This document shows, one piece after another, positions 47,724-57,146 of a DNA stretch of 64,000 bases. Within the stretch, counting starts at the first letter, position 1; each line of letters opens with the position of its first letter. A model generated the notes under the pieces. The model did no database searches and was not told the DNA's origin. It was given only the letters and a program-made list of their open reading frames with translations. A program made the translations under genes and the position numbers. Source of the stretch: Candidatus Woesearchaeota archaeon (lineage in GTDB: Archaea; Nanobdellota; Nanobdellia; Woesearchaeales; ARS49); the NCBI GenBank assembly GCA_038850615.1, contig JAWCLR010000001.1, forward strand, positions 16,637 through 80,636, written 5' to 3'.

Positions 47724-48424
47724 TTGAGCGCAAGTTCGTTGCGGAAAGAGTAAAGGAATTCCAGATACAGCAATACATAGAACAGACCCTGAAGAATGTC
47801 GGGCACAGCGCGACAAAACTGGTCAGGACGCCTCTTGGCGAGAAAATAATAATCTCAGCCTCGCGCCCGGGGCTTGTGGTTGGCAAGAAAGGCGAGAACA
47901 TCAAGAAGCTTACAAACACAATCAAGAGGCGCTTTAACCTTGAGAACCCTCAGATAGAGATAGCAGAAGTTCCTGAGCCAAACCTTGACGCACAGATTGT
48001 TGCAGAGCGCATTGCTTCAACAATTGAGCGCTTTGGCATCCAGAAATTCAAGGCAATAGGTCACAAGACGATGCAGGATGTTATGAATGCAGGCGCGCTT
48101 GGCATTGAAATAAGAATATCAGGCAAGGTGCCGAGTGCACGTGCAAAATCATGGCGCTTCTACTCCGGCTATCTGAAGAAGTGCGGAAATGTTGCCCTCA
48201 CCCAAATAAGGCGTGCAACAACATATGCAACCCTGCGTGCGGGCACTATAGGAGTGAAAGTCGCAATCATGCCTCCTGGTGTCAAGCTTGTGGACGACAT
48301 AGAAGTGAGGAAGGAATTGCCAGCGCAGGCACCTGAAAAGGAAGAGCCAAAGAAAAAGCAAAGGGCAAGTAAGAAAAAAGCACAAAAGCAGGTTGCTGAG
48401 CCTGCTAAAGAGGGGGCAACATAA
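47720..48424 (+). CDS. rps3: 30S ribosomal protein S3 (uS3)
   Basis: 234 aa. KH motif PGLVVGKKGENIKKL. K/E-rich tail. Confidence 0.9.
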   Translation: MIERKFVAERVKEFQIQQYIEQTLKNVGHSATKLVRTPLGEKIIISASRPGLVVGKKGENIKKLTNTIKRRFNLENPQIEIAEVPEPNLDAQIVAERIASTIERFGIQKFKAIGHKTMQDVMNAGALGIEIRISGKVPSARAKSWRFYSGYLKKCGNVALTQIRRATTYATLRAGTIGVKVAIMPPGVKLVDDIEVRKELPAQAPEKEEPKKKQRASKKKAQKQVAEPAKEGAT

Positions 48425-48630
48425 TGAAATTCAAGGAACTCAAGGCATTGCCACCTGCAGAGCTGAAAGAGAAGATGCTCGAGCTCAAAAAAGAGCTTAT
48501 GAAGGAGAACGCACAAGTTGCAATAGGCACGGTTCCGAAAAATCCACGCAAGCTGAGGCTTGCAAAAAAAACAATTGCGAGAATCGAAACGATTCTCGCA
48601 AGCAAACAGGAGGGGACTAAAAAAGTATGA
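48424..48630 (+). CDS. rpl29: 50S ribosomal protein L29 (uL29)
   Basis: 68 aa helical. MKFKELKALPPAELKEKMLELKKEL. Confidence 0.85.
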   Translation: MKFKELKALPPAELKEKMLELKKELMKENAQVAIGTVPKNPRKLRLAKKTIARIETILASKQEGTKKV

Positions 48631-48956
48631 CTGTATGCGTGCGCTGTGGCTTGCCGCAAGAACTTTGTGTATGCGAAAGCATTGCGAAGGAAACCCAGAA
48701 GGTAACCATCGCAATCGAGCAGAAAAAGTTCGGCAAGAAATATACAATCATCACAGGGATCAGCGACATTGACCTTGACCAACTCGCCAAGAAGCTTAAG
48801 GCAAAGCTTGCCTGCGGCGGGACAGTCAAGGAAGGGCGCATAGAGCTCCAAGGTGGAGGTGGGGACACCCCCACGGCCGAGCGCGACCATAAGAATAAGG
48901 TCCGAGAACTCCTTATAAACATGGGGTTCGCCCCTGAAGCAATAGTTATCAAGTGA
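48627..48956 (+). CDS. translation initiation factor SUI1 (aIF1)
   Basis: 109 aa. ...KVTIAIEQKKFGKKYTIITGISDIDLDQLAKKLKAKLACGGTVKEGRIELQGG... is the SUI1 fold signature. Confidence 0.85.
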   Translation: MTVCVRCGLPQELCVCESIAKETQKVTIAIEQKKFGKKYTIITGISDIDLDQLAKKLKAKLACGGTVKEGRIELQGGGGDTPTAERDHKNKVRELLINMGFAPEAIVIK

Positions 48957-48962
48957 GGCAAA

Positions 48963-49343
48963 ATGGTAGAAACCTGCAAGGATAAGCATTGTGCGAAGCA
49001 CGGAAGCATAAGGACGCACGGAAGGACGTTCACTGCGACGGTGCTCTCTGCGCGCGCCCAGAACACAGCAATAGTTGAATGGGAAAGGCGCTATTATGTG
49101 CCCAAGTACGAGCGTTACGAGCGCCGCCGCACAAAAATCAACGCCCACAATCCTGAATGCATTAACGCAAAGCCAGGGGACATTGTACGCATATCAGAAT
49201 GCAGGCCTGTCAGCAAGACGAAGCACTTTGTCATCACCGAAAAGATCGGTGCAGAGCGCCTCTTTGAAGAACGCGCCGCTATGCTGGAGGAGGCAAAGGT
49301 CAAAAAGAAGGAGGTGCCTGAAAAGGCAGAGGAAAAAACATGA
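48963..49343 (+). CDS. rps17: 30S ribosomal protein S17 (uS17)
   Basis: 126 aa. ...FTATVLSARAQNTAIVEWERRYYVPKYERYERRRTKINAHNPE... No RNase P protein Rpp29 gene lies between SUI1 and S17. Confidence 0.85.
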   Translation: MVETCKDKHCAKHGSIRTHGRTFTATVLSARAQNTAIVEWERRYYVPKYERYERRRTKINAHNPECINAKPGDIVRISECRPVSKTKHFVITEKIGAERLFEERAAMLEEAKVKKKEVPEKAEEKT

Positions 49344-49741
49344 AGGACATAAAGGCACATATCGGAAGGCCGTTGCCGCACAACGCGCGCATACAAACAT
49401 GCGACAACTCAGGGGCTAAGATACTCAAGATAATAACTGTCAAGGGCCATAAGACACGAACAGGGAGGTACGAGGCGGCAGGGATAGGCGATGTCATCAT
49501 TGCATCCGTGGTTGAAGGCAAGCCTGAGATGCGCAAGCAGGTGGTGCAAGCAGTGATAGTGCGACAGAAAAAGGAGATCAGGAGGCCTGACGGGACGCGC
49601 GTCAAGTTCGCGGACAATGCCGCTGCTGTACTGAAGGACGAGTTCGGCAACCCAAAAGGTACGATGATTAAGGGTCCTGTCGCAAAGGAGGTTGCGGAGA
49701 GGTGGCCTGCAGTCGCAAAAATAGCCACAACAATAGTGTGA
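49340..49741 (+). CDS. rpl14: 50S ribosomal protein L14 (uL14)
   Basis: 133 aa. ...IQTCDNSGAKILKII... Confidence 0.9.
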   Translation: MKDIKAHIGRPLPHNARIQTCDNSGAKILKIITVKGHKTRTGRYEAAGIGDVIIASVVEGKPEMRKQVVQAVIVRQKKEIRRPDGTRVKFADNAAAVLKDEFGNPKGTMIKGPVAKEVAERWPAVAKIATTIV

Positions 49742-49745
49742 AAAC

Positions 49746-50120
49746 ATGACAAACTGGAATAAATCATGGAGGGGAAGCGCGCAGGTGCGCAAGCAACGTG
49801 CATATGCCAGAAATGCGCCAGCACACATAAAGGGTGATTTTGTGTCAGCTCACCTACAGAAAGACTTGAGGCAGAAGTACAAACGCCGCTCGCTAAGGCT
49901 GAGGCCTGGCGACAAGGTAAAAGTTGTCAGGGGTGCATTCAGAAAAAAGACAGGAAAAGTGGATCGTATAAATGTGAAAGAGCAAAAAGTGTACATCACA
50001 GGGATTGAGTTTACCAAGCGTGATGGAAGCAAGGTGATGTATCCAATTCACCCGTCAAACATAGTCATACAGGAGCCTGACCTCTCTGACAAAAGGAGGC
50101 TTGGAGGGGCAAAAGCATGA
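49746..50120 (+). CDS. rpl24: 50S ribosomal protein L24 (uL24)
   Basis: 124 aa. KOW motif LRPGDKVKVVRGAFRKKTGKV. Confidence 0.85.
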   Translation: MTNWNKSWRGSAQVRKQRAYARNAPAHIKGDFVSAHLQKDLRQKYKRRSLRLRPGDKVKVVRGAFRKKTGKVDRINVKEQKVYITGIEFTKRDGSKVMYPIHPSNIVIQEPDLSDKRRLGGAKA

Positions 50121-50809
50121 GCAGACACTTGAAACGCATTAACGCACCGAAAAGCTGGATAATTCTTCGCAAGACAACGAAATACATCACAAAGCCAATG
50201 CCCGGCGCCCACAAGATTACAGAAAGTATGCCGATGTCGCTCGTTCTGAGAAAACTGGGTCACGCGGCGACCGCTGCTGAAGCGAAAAAAATCCTGAATA
50301 GGCACCAAATACTAGTTGACGGAAAGAGGGTCAGGAGTCTCAAGTCGCAGCTTGGAATCATGGATAGTGTTGCGTTGCCTGAAACAAACGAGTATTATCG
50401 GATTGTCTTTGACAAAAAAGGCAGGCTGCACATGGTGCCCATCCCGAAGGACGAGACTGGTTTGAAGCTCTGCAAGGTTGTCAACAAAACAACGGTGAAA
50501 GGGGGAAAGACACAGTTCAACCTCAGTGACGGCCGCAACATAATTGCTGACAAGAACGCTGCAAAGACAGGTGATACCTTCTTAATCCAAGTGCCTGGAC
50601 AGAAGATACAGCAGCACATTGCCCTTGAAAACGGCGCCCTCATCTACTTGCTAGGAGGCAAGCACATCGGCACCTTCGGAGTGCTTGAAAAGGTGGAGGG
50701 TGATGAAATAACATTCGTAACAGACGGCAAATCAATTGCTACCGCAAAAAAATATGCTCTCGCAGTAGGCAAGGGTAAGCCTGTGCTTACGCTAGCAAAG
50801 ACAGAATGA
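50117..50809 (+). CDS. rps4e: 30S ribosomal protein S4e
   Basis: 230 aa. MSRHLKRINAPKSWIILRKTTKYITKPMPGAHK. Confidence 0.9.
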   Translation: MSRHLKRINAPKSWIILRKTTKYITKPMPGAHKITESMPMSLVLRKLGHAATAAEAKKILNRHQILVDGKRVRSLKSQLGIMDSVALPETNEYYRIVFDKKGRLHMVPIPKDETGLKLCKVVNKTTVKGGKTQFNLSDGRNIIADKNAAKTGDTFLIQVPGQKIQQHIALENGALIYLLGGKHIGTFGVLEKVEGDEITFVTDGKSIATAKKYALAVGKGKPVLTLAKTE

Positions 50810-51324
50810 CAAACATAATGAGGCAACCGCGGATAGAGAAAATCACCTTGAATATCGGGGCGGGAAAAGACACTCAGAAGCTTGAAAGGGGAATCTCGCT
50901 CATCAAGGCAATTACAGGGATTGAGCCTGTCAAAACAGTAACCCACAAGCGGATACCGAATTGGGGCCTGCGCCCTGGGCTTCCGATAGGATGCAAGCTG
51001 ACTCTCAGAAAACAGCCTGCAATCGAGTTGCTCAAGCGCCTCCTGCACGCAAAGGACTTCAGGCTCAAGCCAACCCAGTTTGATGAGAGTGGCAATGTCT
51101 CGTTTGGAATACCGGAATACATAGACATCCCCGGCGTTGCGTACGACCCGAAGATAGGAATAATGGGGCTTGAGGTCTGCGTAACACTGGAACGCCCTGG
51201 CTACCGCATCAAGCGCAGGCGACTGAAAAAAGGGAAAATACCCCGCAGGCATATGATCAGCCGCGAGGAAGCGATGGATTTTATGCGGAAGAACTTCAAT
51301 GTCAAGGTAGGTGAAGCTGAATGA
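50806..51324 (+). CDS. rpl5: 50S ribosomal protein L5 (uL5)
   Basis: 172 aa. uL5 position and conserved blocks. Confidence 0.85.
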   Translation: MTNIMRQPRIEKITLNIGAGKDTQKLERGISLIKAITGIEPVKTVTHKRIPNWGLRPGLPIGCKLTLRKQPAIELLKRLLHAKDFRLKPTQFDESGNVSFGIPEYIDIPGVAYDPKIGIMGLEVCVTLERPGYRIKRRRLKKGKIPRRHMISREEAMDFMRKNFNVKVGEAE

Positions 51325-51554
51325 CTATCAAAGACTGGCGCAAGGCATTTGTCCAGCTTAAGGCAAAGCCCGCCAAGATGAAAAAATACATGAAGCACAA
51401 CGCCCCAAAGAAGCGCAGCACAGGAATGACTGTTTCAGCCCGTTGCGAGAACTGCGGACGCTTTGGCGGCCACATCAGTAAGTACGGCCTGCATCTTTGC
51501 AGGCATTGTTTCCGCGAGATTGCGGTAAAGATAGGATTCAAAAAATACACTTGA
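51321..51554 (+). CDS. rps14: 30S ribosomal protein S14 type Z (uS14), zinc-binding
   Basis: [25 protein letters not shown]. True start may be the internal MKKYMKH (about 58 aa). Confidence 0.8.
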   Translation: MTIKDWRKAFVQLKAKPAKMKKYMKHNAPKKRSTGMTVSARCENCGRFGGHISKYGLHLCRHCFREIAVKIGFKKYT

Positions 51555-51564
51555 GGAAAAAAAA

Positions 51565-51954
51565 ATGCTCAACGACCCACTGGCAAATGCATTGTCCGGA
51601 ATACTGAACTACGACAAGGCAGGCAAAAAACAGTACCTTGTCCATCCAGCACCGAGAATTACTAGGAACGTCCTTGCAATACTTAATGCGCAGGGTTACA
51701 TTGGCTCTGCAGAAGACGTGACAAGTGCGAGAGGGGGCGTTATCAGGGTGAACCTGCTCGGCAACATAAACAAATGTGGTGTAATAAAACCAAGATTTGC
51801 CGTGAAAATGAACGATTATGAAAAGTTTGAGAAGAGGTTCCTGCCGGCAAAGGGCGTCGGCGTGCTCATCATTTCAACAATCAAGGGGCTGATGACCCAC
51901 GAAGAGGCAAAAGCCCAAAACCTGGGAGGAAGGCTAATTGCCTACTGTTACTGA
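51565..51954 (+). CDS. rps8: 30S ribosomal protein S8 (uS8)
   Basis: 129 aa. MLNDPLANALSGILNYDKAGKKQ... Confidence 0.9.
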   Translation: MLNDPLANALSGILNYDKAGKKQYLVHPAPRITRNVLAILNAQGYIGSAEDVTSARGGVIRVNLLGNINKCGVIKPRFAVKMNDYEKFEKRFLPAKGVGVLIISTIKGLMTHEEAKAQNLGGRLIAYCY

Positions 51955-51956
51955 CT

Positions 51957-52505
51957 ATGAAAACAAACTTTGAAGAAGTGATGGATGTGCCCCAAGGCGT
52001 TACTGTGACAGTCGACCACGGCAATGTCCTTGTCAAGGGTCCTAAGGGCGAGGTGGCCAGAAAGATGTATGCGCCAGGCGTTTCAATAACTGCAGAAGGC
52101 CCAAGGGTTGTGTTCAAGGCAAAGAAAGCCACAAAACGCGAAAAGAAAATGCTTTACACATTCTACGCACACTTGCGCAACATGGTACAAGGGGTCCAGA
52201 AACCGTGGGTGTACAAGCTCAAGATATGTGCAGGACACTTCCCAATGACAGCAACAGTTAGTGGCGGAAAGTTCTCACTTAAGAATTTCCTTGGCGAAAA
52301 AACACCAAGGGAGTGCGCAATCCCGCAAGGTGTTGATGTAAAAATCGCTGGCCAGGAAATAACAGTAACTGCCGTTGACCGCGAACTTGCAGGGCAGACG
52401 GCAGGACTGCTTGAGTTGCTCACATTCAAGCCGAAAAAGGACCAAAGGGTCTTTCAGGACGGAATTTACATCACTGAAAAACCGGATAAGGAAATCACAC
52501 AATGA
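51957..52505 (+). CDS. rpl6: 50S ribosomal protein L6 (uL6)
   Basis: 182 aa, two-domain uL6. Confidence 0.85.
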   Translation: MKTNFEEVMDVPQGVTVTVDHGNVLVKGPKGEVARKMYAPGVSITAEGPRVVFKAKKATKREKKMLYTFYAHLRNMVQGVQKPWVYKLKICAGHFPMTATVSGGKFSLKNFLGEKTPRECAIPQGVDVKIAGQEITVTAVDRELAGQTAGLLELLTFKPKKDQRVFQDGIYITEKPDKEITQ

Positions 52506-53071
52506 CAAGGGAAAAAATGCTCAAGCTCAGGAAGCAGTTGAAGGCAAAGAAGCCAGACTTCATTAGGGAGGACTATCAAAAGCGCGCATGCATCCCAATG
52601 CCCTGGCGCAGGCCTAGGGGACTGCACAGCAAGATGCGCCACCGCTTTGCAGGCCACCGCGCGCTTGTTGACCCCTCCTACGGAAGCCCAAGGGAAGCTT
52701 ATGGCCTCCACCCCTCGGGTTACGAGCCGATTCTTGTTCATACCCTCAATGAGCTTTCGAAACTTGATGCCAAAACTCAAGGCGCAGTACTCGGCAGCAC
52801 CCTTGGCCTGCCAAAGCGCATCGCAATACTCACAAAGGCAAAGGAGCTTGGAGTCAGGGTCCTGAACGTCAAGAATATTGATGCAGAACTCAAGAAAATC
52901 CAGGATAGCATCACCGCCCGCAGGGAAGCCAAACAAAAGGCAGCAAAAGAAGCCAAAGCAAAAGAAAATGCAAAGAAGACAGAACTTGCGGAAAAAGTGA
53001 TGAGTGAGGAGGAGCAGAAGAAAAAGGCAAAGGAGGAAAAGGACAAGGTCCTTACTGCTAGGCAAATATGA
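52502..53071 (+). CDS. rpl32e: 50S ribosomal protein L32e with K/E-rich C-terminal extension
   Basis: 189 aa. ...WRRPRGLHSKMRHRFAGH... and the L32e core. About 60-aa lysine/glutamate-rich tail. Confidence 0.85.
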   Translation: MTREKMLKLRKQLKAKKPDFIREDYQKRACIPMPWRRPRGLHSKMRHRFAGHRALVDPSYGSPREAYGLHPSGYEPILVHTLNELSKLDAKTQGAVLGSTLGLPKRIAILTKAKELGVRVLNVKNIDAELKKIQDSITARREAKQKAAKEAKAKENAKKTELAEKVMSEEEQKKKAKEEKDKVLTARQI

Positions 53072-53514
53072 AACTCCAAAAAAGACTTGCGGCGCAAATA
53101 CTGAACTGTTCACCACACAGGATTGTTTTCAACCCTGAAAAGCTTGGAGAAATCAAGGAGGCAATCACGAAGTTTGACATCCGCAGGTTGATTGACAAGG
53201 GAATCATTACTAGGTTGCCTGTCCAAGGAATATCAAAGTTCCGCACAAGGAAAGCAAAGGTGCAGATGCGGCGCAACCGCAGGAAGGGTCCTGGCTCGAG
53301 AAAAGGCTCGGCAAATGCGCGTGCAGACAGCAAACTGCAATGGATGCGACTTATCCGAGCGCAGCGAGACCTCCTTAAGCGCTTGAGGGACCATAAACTG
53401 ATCACTCAACAAACATTCAACGTGATGTACGCAAAGGCAAAAGGCGGCTTCTTCAGGAGCACACACCACATAAAGTTGTTCCTGAAGGAGCAGGAGCTAT
53501 TCATCAAGAAGTGA
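53068..53514 (+). CDS. rpl19e: 50S ribosomal protein L19e
   Basis: 148 aa. MKLQKRLAAQILNCSPHRIVFNPEK... Confidence 0.85.
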   Translation: MKLQKRLAAQILNCSPHRIVFNPEKLGEIKEAITKFDIRRLIDKGIITRLPVQGISKFRTRKAKVQMRRNRRKGPGSRKGSANARADSKLQWMRLIRAQRDLLKRLRDHKLITQQTFNVMYAKAKGGFFRSTHHIKLFLKEQELFIKK

Positions 53515-53518
53515 GACA

Positions 53519-54091
53519 ATGAAAGCGTCACCAACATACTCGGTTCCATACCGCAGGAAGCGGAAGGGCATGACAGACTACAAGACGCGCATAAAGCTGC
53601 TCCAGAGCGGCGAAAGGCGCCTTGTCATCAGGCGCTCGCTCAAAAACATCTGGCTCCAAGTAGTTGAGTATAATCCAGGAGGGGACAAAGTGGTTGTTTC
53701 AGCCCACTCGCACGAAATCCGTAAACTCGGATGGAAAGGCGGGCTTAACAACCTTCCTGCAGCATACCTCTGTGGCCTGTTGCTGGGCAAAAAGGCAAAA
53801 AATATCAAGAATGTTGTGCTTGACATTGGTCCCAGCATTTCAGTCAAGGGTGCGGTGTGGTACGCAGCCCTGAAGGGAGTCCTTGATGCTGGAATTAGCA
53901 TTCCGTACGCAAAGGAGATACTGCCTGATGAAAAGCGCATAAAAGGCGAGCACATAGCTGAGTGGGCGAAGAAGCTCAAGGATCAACCGGAAAAATACAA
54001 TCGTATGTTCAGCAGATACATAAAGGCGAGCCTGCAGCCTGAGAATTTGCCGGCCCATTTTGAAGAAATCAAGAGGAAAGTGCAAGCATGA
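53519..54091 (+). CDS. rpl18: 50S ribosomal protein L18 (uL18)
   Basis: 190 aa. ...SVPYRRKRKGMTDYKTRIKLLQSGERRLVIRRS... Confidence 0.85.
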   Translation: MKASPTYSVPYRRKRKGMTDYKTRIKLLQSGERRLVIRRSLKNIWLQVVEYNPGGDKVVVSAHSHEIRKLGWKGGLNNLPAAYLCGLLLGKKAKNIKNVVLDIGPSISVKGAVWYAALKGVLDAGISIPYAKEILPDEKRIKGEHIAEWAKKLKDQPEKYNRMFSRYIKASLQPENLPAHFEEIKRKVQA

Positions 54092-54945
54092 GTCCGAAAA
54101 AACCAGTTGAGGAAAAGAATTCAGAGGCGCAGAAGGAAAAGGAAATCATTCCTGTGGTTGTCGAGGAAGAAAAGCTCGAAGTAGAAAAGGACATCATCAC
54201 AGAAATCCCTGAGGAGGAAGCAATTGAGGTCCCTAAGGAGATTGTTGACATTGCAGCCTGGCAGCCAAAGACAAGTCTGGGCAAGAAGGTAAAGTCAGGC
54301 GAGATAACGGACATTGACCAAATACTTGACAAGGGACTTAAGATACTTGAGCCGACAATCGTGGAAGTGCTTCTTCCAAACATGCAGAATGATTTGCTGA
54401 TGGTTGGACAGGCAAAGGGAAAGTTCGGAGGCGGGCAGAGCAGGGTGTTCAGGCAGACCCAGAAGAAAACTCCAGAGGGAAATAAGCCAAGCTTTTCATG
54501 CGTTGCAATTGTTGGTAATGGCAACGGTTACGTTGGGGTTGGTTATGGAAAATCAAAAGACACTGTTCCTGCCAGGGAGAAGGCATTACGCAAGGCAAAA
54601 CTGAACATTTTCAAGATTGCTCGTGGTTGCGGTTCCTGGCAATGTGGATGCAAGACCCCACACAGCATTCCTTTTGCTGTCGAGGGTAAGTGCGGTTCAA
54701 TCAGGATAAAACTGATGCCTGCGCCAAAAGGAAAAGGGCTCTGTATGGAACAGGAAACAGCAAAAATACTCCGGCTTGCTGGAATAAAGGATGTGTGGAG
54801 CAAAACAGACGGTAACATACGCTCAACAACTAACCTGATTGCGGCGGTTGTTGACGCTCTCAAGAAGCTCAATTCCACAAAGATAAGACAAGATCACGCT
54901 GAGCGCGTTGCAAAAACAGCTGGGAAGGTGGTTACAGAGGCGTAA
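54088..54945 (+). CDS. rps5: 30S ribosomal protein S5 (uS5) with acidic N-terminal extension
   Basis: 285 aa. C-terminal ...AIVGNGNGYVGVGYGKSKD... Confidence 0.85.
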   Translation: MSPKKPVEEKNSEAQKEKEIIPVVVEEEKLEVEKDIITEIPEEEAIEVPKEIVDIAAWQPKTSLGKKVKSGEITDIDQILDKGLKILEPTIVEVLLPNMQNDLLMVGQAKGKFGGGQSRVFRQTQKKTPEGNKPSFSCVAIVGNGNGYVGVGYGKSKDTVPAREKALRKAKLNIFKIARGCGSWQCGCKTPHSIPFAVEGKCGSIRIKLMPAPKGKGLCMEQETAKILRLAGIKDVWSKTDGNIRSTTNLIAAVVDALKKLNSTKIRQDHAERVAKTAGKVVTEA

Positions 54946-54947
54946 AA

Positions 54948-55301
54948 ATGGCAAAGCTCGCAGTTGTAAGGGTTCGCGGACAGGTAAGAGTGCACAAAGG
55001 GATAGCGCGCGCTCTTGAACAGCTGAATCTACGCAAGCGCCACCACGCAACAATCGTTGAAGAAAGCCCTGCAGTGATTGGGCAGCTCAAAAAAGTGCAG
55101 TCCTATGTAACATGGGGTCCTGTAAGTGAGGAGGTTGCAAAAAAGCTTGCAACAAGAGGAAGGGGCAACGGAAGGTGGTTCGCTCTCCACCCTCCATGCA
55201 AGGGATATGGCAGAAAGGGCATAAAGATGCCCTTCAGCAAAGGCGGTGCATTAGGCAACCGCGGGGAAAAAATAAACTATATGCTGTTGAGGATGATTTA
55301 A
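54948..55301 (+). CDS. rpl30: 50S ribosomal protein L30 (uL30)
   Basis: 117 aa. MAKLAVVRVRGQVRVHKGIARALEQLNLRKRHHATIV. Confidence 0.85.
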   Translation: MAKLAVVRVRGQVRVHKGIARALEQLNLRKRHHATIVEESPAVIGQLKKVQSYVTWGPVSEEVAKKLATRGRGNGRWFALHPPCKGYGRKGIKMPFSKGGALGNRGEKINYMLLRMI

Positions 55302-55302
55302 G

Positions 55303-55752
55303 ATGACTGTCAAACGGAAGAAAAAGATAACAAAATACCGTGGAACAAGGACGTGCGGGTGGGGGCTTGTGCACCGCGGCTCTGGCCAGAAGGGTGGTGC
55401 AGGAAACGCTGGCTCTGGCAAGAAGGCGGCATCAAAAGTGCCAAGGCGCGGGCTCTGGGCAAAGCAATTGATGGGCAAGCGTGGATTCGTACACCAGGGG
55501 CCAAAAGTGAAGGATGTTGTGATTAATCTCCGCGACCTTGAAGACAGGCTTCCCTCGCTACTTTCGCAAAAAGTTGCGGCAGAATCGGAAGGCATGGTTA
55601 TCATTGATGTTTCAAAGATTGGGTGCACAAAGGTTTTGGGTTCAGGCAAAGTCAGGAGGAAATGGAAAATAACAGCGCAAAGGGCTGCGCCTGATGCTGT
55701 TGAGAAGGTCAAGGCGGCAGGTGGAGAACTGCTCGCTACAAGGGCTGAATAA
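55303..55752 (+). CDS. rpl15: 50S ribosomal protein L15 (uL15)
   Basis: 149 aa. ...RGSGQKGGAGNAGSGKK... glycine-rich loop. Confidence 0.85.
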   Translation: MTVKRKKKITKYRGTRTCGWGLVHRGSGQKGGAGNAGSGKKAASKVPRRGLWAKQLMGKRGFVHQGPKVKDVVINLRDLEDRLPSLLSQKVAAESEGMVIIDVSKIGCTKVLGSGKVRRKWKITAQRAAPDAVEKVKAAGGELLATRAE

Positions 55753-55754
55753 AA

Positions 55755-57146
55755 ATGTCCTGGTACAAGGAAATACTCTACAACCTTCCTGAAGTTGCTC
55801 CTCCAACCCAGCGCAAGCTCAGCTTCAAGGAAAGGATGAAGTGGACTATTGTTGTCCTTGTCCTGTTTTTTATCCTTGGACTCATTCCCCTCTTTGGGCT
55901 TGGCCAGAATGCTTTGCAACAGTTTCAGATTCTTTCAATCATCCTGGGAGCCTCATTCGGCTCAATCATAAGTCTCGGAATAGGCCCGATAGTAACTGCG
56001 AGCATAGTCCTGCAATTGCTTAACGGCTCGGGCTTGGTGAAGTTTGACCTTACAACGCATGATGGAAAAAGGAATTTTCAGGGAGTTCAGAAATTACTCA
56101 GCATATTTTTCATCCTGTTTGAGGGCGCCATTTACGTTTTCATGGGCGGGCTTGCGCCTCCAGAACAGCTTGTGGGAACAGGCTCTTATTTCACGCTTCA
56201 GCTTTTGCTTGTCTTTCAACTTTTTCTTGGCGGGCTGATGATAATGTTTATGGACGAGGTTGTCAGCAAGTGGGGATTTGGTTCTGGAATCTCGTTGTTT
56301 ATTGCTGCTGGTGTTTCCCAGAGCATTTTCATAAGGGCATTGTCGCCTTTGCCGTCGCCAAACAACCCTGAAATAATGACTGGTGCAATTCCTGCATTAT
56401 TCCAGAGCCTTGCGAGGGGCGACCCACAGACCGCAATTCTTATGCTTTCAACAGTTTTGTCAACAGTCATTATTTTTGTGATTGCTGTTTATGCCCAAAG
56501 CATGAAGGTTGAGATTCCGCTTTCATTTGGAAGGATTCGGGGGCATGGAATCCGCTGGCCTTTGAGCTTTGTTTACACTTCAAACATCCCTGTCATCCTT
56601 ATTTCCGCGCTTATTGCAAATATTCAGCTTTGGGCCCACCTGCTTCAGCGGTGGGGGCATCCTTGGCTTGGCACTTTTGTTGGGAACACGCCTGCTACGG
56701 GTTTTGTTTCGTGGATTCATTCTCCTGATGTTGTTGGAAAGCTCATTAGGGGTTCTTTGACAATGTCTGACATTTGGCATTCCGCAGTTTATCTGGTCTT
56801 TCTTATTGGCGGTGCCGTTGTGTTTTCGTGGTTCTGGGTGCAGACTTCTGGAATGGATGCAAGGAGCCAGGCAAAACAGATAATGAGGTCTGGCTTGCAG
56901 ATTCCGGGCTTCAGGAAGGACGAGCGTGTTCTTGAGCGCCTGCTTGACCGCTATATCCTGCCCCTCACTGTAATGGGCGCGATCGTGGTTGGCGTTCTTG
57001 CGGGTCTTGCTGACATTTCAGGCGCTTTGACAAACGGCACTGGGCTTTTGCTTACTGTCATGATTATTTACAGGCTTTATGAGGACATCGCAAGGCAGCA
57101 CTTGATGGATATGAATCCGATGATGAGAAAGTTTATGGGTGGCTAA
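55755..57146 (+). CDS. secY: preprotein translocase subunit SecY
   Basis: 463 aa. 10 TM helices. Conserved blocks GIGPIVTASIVLQLL and the plug region. Confidence 0.9.
   Translation: MSWYKEILYNLPEVAPPTQRKLSFKERMKWTIVVLVLFFILGLIPLFGLGQNALQQFQILSIILGASFGSIISLGIGPIVTASIVLQLLNGSGLVKFDLTTHDGKRNFQGVQKLLSIFFILFEGAIYVFMGGLAPPEQLVGTGSYFTLQLLLVFQLFLGGLMIMFMDEVVSKWGFGSGISLFIAAGVSQSIFIRALSPLPSPNNPEIMTGAIPALFQSLARGDPQTAILMLSTVLSTVIIFVIAVYAQSMKVEIPLSFGRIRGHGIRWPLSFVYTSNIPVILISALIANIQLWAHLLQRWGHPWLGTFVGNTPATGFVSWIHSPDVVGKLIRGSLTMSDIWHSAVYLVFLIGGAVVFSWFWVQTSGMDARSQAKQIMRSGLQIPGFRKDERVLERLLDRYILPLTVMGAIVVGVLAGLADISGALTNGTGLLLTVMIIYRLYEDIARQHLMDMNPMMRKFMGG

Noticed and set aside
44241-53405. Many minus-strand ORFs antisense to the ribosomal protein cluster (e.g. 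46686-47489, 48169-48747, 48405-49148, 49300-49828, 52466-53116)
   Set aside because: Antisense to highly conserved r-protein genes. They have biased Ser/Cys/Leu composition and are artefacts.
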